This document shows positions 27,221 through 32,000 of a DNA stretch of 32,000 nucleotides, piece after piece. The DNA lies in assembly GCA_024277355.1 (NCBI GenBank), contig JAJRVL010000011.1:79365-111364 (forward strand). The letters are read 5' to 3'. The first letter of the stretch is position 1; each line of letters opens with the position of its first letter. The notes under the pieces were generated by a model. It did not search any database. It was given only the letters and a program-made list of their open reading frames with translations, and was not told the DNA's origin. Position numbers and translations under genes: made by a program. Origin of the DNA: an archaeon (GTDB taxonomy: Archaea > Iainarchaeota > Iainarchaeia > Iainarchaeales > 1-14-0-10-31-34).

Positions 27221-27817
27221 GTGTCTGTGAAAGGTTATTTTGTTCAATATAAATTTATTTTGCCTAAAGATGTAAAACATTCATCTTATACTTATCAAAA
27301 GCTATTTAGAGCTATTTATGGTTATTCTCAACAAGTTTCAAAATCCAATGGAAAAACATATGTTTATCATAGACATGGTGTTTTATCAAAAACACCTTTT
27401 ATTAAACATGGAAAAAACTGTGTTGTAATTCCTCAAGAAAAGTTTTCAGATTTAATTAGTTTTTTTAAAACAGGAAAAAACCCAAGTCATTCCTGGACTA
27501 TTAAAGGAGACTGGAAAGCAGTTTATTATTTAAATGAAAAAGAAATTGGCGAAACTGATATTACAGCGTCTTTAGAAAATCTTTTAGATAGAACTTATAT
27601 AGTAAACCCAGCAAAAGAACACGGGCTTTTATTGTCTGAAATGGAAAAACTCAAAGAAAGTGCCGAAAGTAGAAAATCAAAAGACAACGTATTTTCAGAT
27701 GTAATTTTTAATGAAGCAAAAGAAATAATAACTTCTTCTTGGTTTAAGGAAGTTTATTCTAAATCAGAAAAATTAAAATATTTCCATTCACTGTATACTT
27801 TTCTCAAAAGCAAGTAA
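27221..27817 (+). CDS. hypothetical protein
   Basis: 198 aa ORF starting GTG with GAGGGG upstream; no recognised family. Confidence 0.65.
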   Translation: MSVKGYFVQYKFILPKDVKHSSYTYQKLFRAIYGYSQQVSKSNGKTYVYHRHGVLSKTPFIKHGKNCVVIPQEKFSDLISFFKTGKNPSHSWTIKGDWKAVYYLNEKEIGETDITASLENLLDRTYIVNPAKEHGLLLSEMEKLKESAESRKSKDNVFSDVIFNEAKEIITSSWFKEVYSKSEKLKYFHSLYTFLKSK

Positions 27818-28207
27818 TCTTTCTTCTTCTTTTTCTTCTATTTTTTCTTTTAATTTAAGTATTAATTCTCTTTTTCTCCATTTTCTTTTTCCACCAACAT
27901 TAGATGATTCAAGTAAACCAACATCAACAAGTGTTTTAATATAAGGATATAAACTTCTGTCGTTTTTGTAGTCAATAGAAAAAAGTTCATTTATTCTTCT
28001 TTTTATTTCATCCATTGGAACCCATTCATCAAAACCAATGACAGATAAAATATGGTGTGCCTGAGTATTATCAACGAGTTTGATATAATCCCATAAACTA
28101 TAAATTTTAGATATTGTTTTTTCTTCATGTTCATAAATTGTTTTTTCTGGTTCTTGTTTTGTCTGCTTAAACACCGAAAAAATACGGTTTAATATGTCTT
28201 TAATCAT
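27788..28207 (-). CDS. hypothetical winged-helix-like protein
   Basis: 139 aa: ILSVIGFDEWVPMDEIKRRINELFSIDYKNDRSLYPYIKTLVDVGLLESSNVGGKRKWRKRELILKL resembles a wHTH; 3' overlap with the convergent neighbour. Confidence 0.6.
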   Translation of the reverse strand: MIKDILNRIFSVFKQTKQEPEKTIYEHEEKTISKIYSLWDYIKLVDNTQAHHILSVIGFDEWVPMDEIKRRINELFSIDYKNDRSLYPYIKTLVDVGLLESSNVGGKRKWRKRELILKLKEKIEEKEEERLLAFEKSIQ

Positions 28208-28269
28208 TAGTTATCAATATTATAATTACCTTAACTACTTATAAATTTAACTCTTTTTACAATTTTTAC

Positions 28270-28313
28270 GAGTAATTACGAGTAGTTTTAGTTTTTCTAT
28301 TAAGTAATTACTC
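28270..28313. repeat. 10-bp inverted repeat upstream of the 27788..28207 gene
   Basis: GAGTAATTAC (28270-28279) and GTAATTACTC (28304-28313); overlapping direct repeat ACGAGTA x2. Confidence 0.6.
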
Positions 28314-28613
28314 TGTATTTTGCTCTAAATCGCCAAATAATGCTTGTTTTATGAACTAGTGAGTGTAAGGTAATTTAAGCAGGTTAGCTAAATTTGTTGC
28401 ATTTGTCTTTGTGTTATTTTGGGTTAGTGCTTTTTTCTGTTTTTTAGCAAGTAGTGAGCCGCAATTTTTTTAAGATTTAAAACGAGTTTTTTTTTATTTA
28501 ACTAGTGAGTTAGTGGTTTTTCAGATTTTTAATAAAATCTTGTTTTGTGTTAAAAAGTAAGTGCTTATTTTTTAGTTTTTGGGAATAATTAGATTTTTTG
28601 AGTGTTTTTTTAA

Positions 28614-28688
28614 TAGCGGGGAAAGGATTTGAACCTTTGACCTTCGGGTTATGAGCCCGACGGGCACTCCTGGCTGCCCCACCCCGCT
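28614..28688 (-). tRNA. initiator tRNA-Met (CAU)
   Basis: Reverse complement AGCGGGGTGGGGCAGCCAGGAGTGCCCGTCGGGCTCATAACCCGAAGGTCAAAGGTTCAAATCCTTTCCCCGCT; A1-T72 pair, GGG/CCC anticodon stem, CAT anticodon; CCA not encoded. Confidence 0.95.
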
Positions 28689-28910
28689 ATCTTTATTTCT
28701 TTTTTAAGTGCTTATTTGTGCTTTTTTTCTTGTTTTAAGCATTTTATTGAATTTTTTTGCTTTTTAAGTTAATTTTTGTGCTTTTTTTCCGTTTTTTAGT
28801 CTTGTTTTTCTTTTTTTATTTTATGTGTTTGTTTTGTTTTTTTGTCCTAGTTTTTGTGTTTTTTCGCCTTATTTTGAAAGGTTTTTTAACAAATTTTCTA
28901 TTAAATCTAG

Positions 28911-29396
28911 TTATTTTTTGAGTTCTTTAATTCTTTTTTTGTTATCTACAATTTCCATTGCTTTTCCGCATTTTGGGCATTTGAATTGATATTCTGAAGC
29001 AATTTCAAATGGGACATTGTCGCATAATTTTTTACATGTAAAAAACACATAGTCTTTTTCAAATTCAAGTTTTTTTTCTAATTTCTTAATTTCTTCACTT
29101 TGTTCTTCTAATATAAGTTCGGCAATTCTTTTTTCTTTGATTTCCCAGGTATATGAATACCATCCTGTTTTGTTGTTCTTTTTTTTATCATAACAAGCAA
29201 TTCCTCTGTAGTGAAGTCTGTTTAATATTGCTCTTACTTCAGTTATTTTTAATTTGGTTTTTTTTGATATTTCTTCATCGGTAAATTTTTTTTTTTGGTT
29301 TTGACAGGCTTTAATTAAAGGTATTGCATCTTCTCCGCCAGTGTTTATTATAAATTCTTTCGCAATACTTTGTGAAAAAATGTCTTTTCTTGCCAT
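28911..29396 (-). CDS. tfe: archaeal transcription factor E alpha subunit
   Basis: FTDEEISKKTKLKITEVRAILNRLHYRGIACYDKKKNNKTGWYSYTWEI...FTCKKLCDNVPFEIASEYQFKCPKCGKAMEI: winged helix plus zinc ribbon typical of TFE. Confidence 0.9.
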   Translation of the reverse strand: MARKDIFSQSIAKEFIINTGGEDAIPLIKACQNQKKKFTDEEISKKTKLKITEVRAILNRLHYRGIACYDKKKNNKTGWYSYTWEIKEKRIAELILEEQSEEIKKLEKKLEFEKDYVFFTCKKLCDNVPFEIASEYQFKCPKCGKAMEIVDNKKRIKELKK

Positions 29397-29421
29397 ATAT
29401 TTTGTGTTGTTGAATAATAAT

Positions 29422-29961
29422 TTAAACTAATGGGCGTTTTTTAGTTTTTTTTCCTTTTTTTTGTGGAATAATTTTTATTTTGTTATTAGGAAACTTTTTG
29501 TTTAGTTCTTTTCCTTCAAAAACCTCGTGCAGGGTTAATGCTAAAGCAGCAATTTCTGAATGCGGTTGATTTCCTATGGAAATATTGTAGTCGCTTTTTT
29601 CATACACTAATGGAGGGACTTTTTCTGCACCGACGATTATACATATTTTATTTTTTTTTCTTATTTCTTTTATTTTTTTACCTAATAATTCTCCGTACAT
29701 TGTTAAATGAACAATACAGTATTTTTCTTTTTTGATTTTATTTATTTCGTTTTTTATGTTTTCTGCAAACCGTATTTTGAATTTTCCGCCCCAGTTGTTA
29801 ACTATTTTATTAACACTGTCTTCTATTGAATAATCAGTTTCCCCAATTATTGTTATTTTTTCTGCACCTAATGCTCTTGAAGTTAATGCACAATGGGTTG
29901 TTGTTCTGATATCTCTGTAAATTCTGTGCCCTAATCTTAATACTTGAACTTTTTTAACCAT
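29422..29961 (-). CDS. trm56: tRNA (cytidine(56)-2'-O)-methyltransferase (Trm56)
   Basis: VQVLRLGHRIYRDIRTTTHCALTSRALGAEKI...IVHLTMYGELLGKKI...VVGAEKVPPLVYEKSDYNISIGNQPHSEIAALALTL-type motifs; archaeal SPOUT family. Confidence 0.93.
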   Translation of the reverse strand: MVKKVQVLRLGHRIYRDIRTTTHCALTSRALGAEKITIIGETDYSIEDSVNKIVNNWGGKFKIRFAENIKNEINKIKKEKYCIVHLTMYGELLGKKIKEIRKKNKICIIVGAEKVPPLVYEKSDYNISIGNQPHSEIAALALTLHEVFEGKELNKKFPNNKIKIIPQKKGKKTKKRPLV

Positions 29962-30012
29962 ATTATTTTATTGCTTGCTTTGTATTTTTATATTATCTTT
30001 TTTAGGGATATT

Positions 30013-31293
30013 ATGCTTGATATAAAATTAATAAGAGAAAAGCCTGAATTAGTAAGAAAAAATCTTGAGAAAAGGCAGTCAAAGAAATATTTAGAGTTAT
30101 TTGACAACCTGCTTATTGTAGATAAAAAAATGCTTTTTTTGTTAAAAGAAACAGAGGAGTTAAGACACAAAAGAAACACAATCACTTCTGAAGTAAAAAA
30201 GTTATTAACAGAAAAAAAAGACGCAACAGAAAAAATAAAACAAGCAAAGGAAATTCCCTTACAAATAAAAGAAAAAGACCAAAAGTTAACTGAATTAAAA
30301 CAGGAACATAATTCAATTTTATTTAAACTTCCTAATTTACTGCACAAAAGCGTTCCTTTTGGAAAAGATGATTCAGAAAACAAGGAAATAAAAAAAGAAG
30401 GAAAAATTCAAAAACAGGATTTTGATTTAATTCATCATGGAAAACTTGCAGCTGATTTAAACGGAGCAGACTTTGAAAGAGCAGTAAAAATTTCTGGTTC
30501 AGGGTTTTATTTTTTAAAAGGAGATTTAGCTTTACTTGAACAAGCTTTAATCAGATTTGCAACAGATTTGCTGACAAAAAAAAATTATGAATTAATTTTT
30601 CCTCCTCTGCTTATGCGGAGAAAACCATATTCTGGAGTAACTGATTTAAACGACTTTGAAAATGTAATGTACAAAATTGAAAATGAAGATTTATATTTAA
30701 TTGCAACTTCAGAACACCCTTTAGTTTCAATGTATATGGATGAAACTTTAAATGAAAAAAATTTGCCTTTAAAATTTGCAGGAGTTTCTCCTTGTTTTAG
30801 AAAAGAAGTAGGAAAACATGGTTTAGATGAAAGAGGATTATTCAGGGTGCATCAATTTAATAAAGTTGAACAAGTTATTTTTTGCAGGCCTGAAGAGTCA
30901 GAAAAACTTCATGAAGAATTATTAAAGAATTCAGAAAAATTAATGCAGTCACTTAAAATTCCTTATATAGTAGTTAATGTCTGCACCGGAGACATAGGGG
31001 TTGTCGCGTCAAAAAAATATGATGTTGAAGGATATTCTCCAAGAGAAAAAAAATATATTGAAGTAATGTCTTGTTCTAATTGCACTGATTTTCAGTCAAG
31101 AAGACTAAATATAAAATATTATTCCGGAAAAGAAAAAGTTTTTGTTCACACTTTAAATAATACGATGATTGCAACTGCAAGGGCTTTAAGGTTAATTCTT
31201 GAAAATTTTCAGACAAAAAAACACACAGTTAAAATTCCAAAAGCATTACGCCCTTATTTAAACGGTTTAAAGGAGTTAAAGCTAAAAAAGTAA
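30013..31293 (+). CDS. serS: seryl-tRNA synthetase (start at MLDIKLI)
   Basis: MLDIKLIREKPELVRKNLEKR...LIATSEHPLVSMYMDE...RKEVGKHGLDERGLFRVHQFNKVEQ...YDVEGYSPREKKYIEVMSCSNCTDFQSRRLNI...NTMIATARALRLILENFQ: class II motifs 1-3. Confidence 0.95.
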   Translation: MLDIKLIREKPELVRKNLEKRQSKKYLELFDNLLIVDKKMLFLLKETEELRHKRNTITSEVKKLLTEKKDATEKIKQAKEIPLQIKEKDQKLTELKQEHNSILFKLPNLLHKSVPFGKDDSENKEIKKEGKIQKQDFDLIHHGKLAADLNGADFERAVKISGSGFYFLKGDLALLEQALIRFATDLLTKKNYELIFPPLLMRRKPYSGVTDLNDFENVMYKIENEDLYLIATSEHPLVSMYMDETLNEKNLPLKFAGVSPCFRKEVGKHGLDERGLFRVHQFNKVEQVIFCRPEESEKLHEELLKNSEKLMQSLKIPYIVVNVCTGDIGVVASKKYDVEGYSPREKKYIEVMSCSNCTDFQSRRLNIKYYSGKEKVFVHTLNNTMIATARALRLILENFQTKKHTVKIPKALRPYLNGLKELKLKK

Positions 31294-31382
31294 GTTTAAA
31301 TACCTTTTTTTACCCAGTTTATTATCTGATTTTCAGAGACAATTTATATTTTTATTGAAGCAATTTTATTTATTGTTGTTCT

Positions 31383-31455
31383 GGGTCCGTAGCTCAGTCG
31401 GTAGAGCACCGGCCTTTTAAGCCGGGTGTCGAGGGTTCGAGTCCCTTCGGACTCG
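31383..31455 (+). tRNA. tRNA-Lys (UUU)
   Basis: GGGTCCGTAGCTCAGTCGGTAGAGCACCGGCCTTTTAAGCCGGGTGTCGAGGGTTCGAGTCCCTTCGGACTCG, complete cloverleaf by eye. Confidence 0.97.
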
Positions 31456-31479
31456 TTTCGCGGTTTTGTCCGCGAGACG
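31454..31479 (+). terminator. GC-rich hairpin abutting the 3' end of tRNA-Lys(UUU)
   Basis: CGTTTCGCGG-TTTTGT-CCGCGAGACG: 10-bp stem with one G-T pair. Confidence 0.45.
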
Positions 31480-31595
31480 ATATACTGTATTCAGTTCAGT
31501 GGTGCTTTGTTTTTTCATTTATTTCTTAAAAGTTTTGTGATTTAATTTTAATTAATCTTAGTTTTTGATCAAACTTTTTCTTAAAAGTTTGTTTT

Positions 31596-31668
31596 GGGCC
31601 CATAGCTCAGTCGGTAGAGCACCAGCCTCTTAAGCTGGGTGTCGAGGGTTCGATCCCCTCTGGGCTCG
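31596..31668 (+). tRNA. tRNA-Lys (CUU)
   Basis: GGGCCCATAGCTCAGTCGGTAGAGCACCAGCCTCTTAAGCTGGGTGTCGAGGGTTCGATCCCCTCTGGGCTCG, complete cloverleaf by eye. Confidence 0.97.
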
Positions 31669-31762
31669 TTATTCTCATTTATGTGAGTTTAATTGATTGA
31701 AGCGTTCAATCGTTTTGTTTAATATTAATTTATATTGGTTATTCCAATAATATTTTATTTCT

Positions 31763-31836
31763 GAGACTGTAGCTCAGCATGGGAGAGCACACGGCTGAAG
31801 ACCGTGGTGTCGCGGGTCCAAATCCCGCCAGTCTCA
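31763..31836 (+). tRNA. tRNA-Phe (GAA)
   Basis: GAGACTGTAGCTCAGCATGGGAGAGCACACGGCTGAAGACCGTGGTGTCGCGGGTCCAAATCCCGCCAGTCTCA; anticodon loop CTGAAGA. Confidence 0.95.
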
Positions 31837-31924
31837 TTTTTTTAAATTTAACGATTGTTGCTTTTTTAATTTTTTTTTTGCCTTTCTTTTTTTAAATTCT
31901 TCTCATCTTATTTTGAAAGGTTTT

Positions 31925-32000
31925 ATGAATTCTACTTTAGTTATTGGTTCTCAGTTTGGGGATGAAGGAAAAGGAAAAATAGTTGACTATTTGGCTGAAA
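31925..32000 (+). CDS. purA: adenylosuccinate synthetase, N-terminal fragment (runs off right edge)
   Basis: MNSTLVIGSQFGDEGKGKIVDYLAE, the PurA P-loop motif GxxWGDEGKGK in variant form. Confidence 0.93.
   Translation, partial: MNSTLVIGSQFGDEGKGKIVDYLAE

Overview
AT-rich archaeal chromosomal window. Archaeal markers are TFE-alpha, Trm56-type tRNA methyltransferase, archaeal D-aminoacyl-tRNA deacylase, XerA, a PRC-barrel protein, an archaeal-type initiator tRNA and short or leaderless gene starts. The content looks like a reduced DPANN-type genome, but the lineage cannot be fixed from sequence alone. Main content: partial pyruvate,phosphate dikinase (-); a bacterial-type MEP isoprenoid cluster (dxr, ispD, a Tat-signal-like lipoprotein ORF, ispF, dxs); dtdA; glnA next to an Lrp/AsnC regulator; inositol-monophosphatase-family protein; squalene/phytoene synthase; several small very basic orphan proteins; PLP aminotransferase; GltB-type FMN domain; a minimal [NiFe] hydrogenase locus with maturation protease; xerA; tfe; trm56; serS; four tRNAs (iMet, Lys-UUU, Lys-CUU, Phe); and the start of purA. 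Most notable observation: five recognisable genes (dxr, aminotransferase, gltB-like, hydrogenase large subunit, PPC/DUF296 protein) each carry exactly one in-frame stop codon (1 TGA, 4 TAA). Family-typical sequence continues in the same frame beyond each stop, and I see no frameshifts in these genes. Second: an exact 9-mer TTATGTATA/TATACATAA occurs 11 times, as far as I could find only between genes; several copies sit at TATA-box distance from starts, and three lie in a ~1 kb coding-poor island (13583-14654). Third: MEP-pathway genes are unusual in Archaea. No CRISPR array or recognisable transposon was found.
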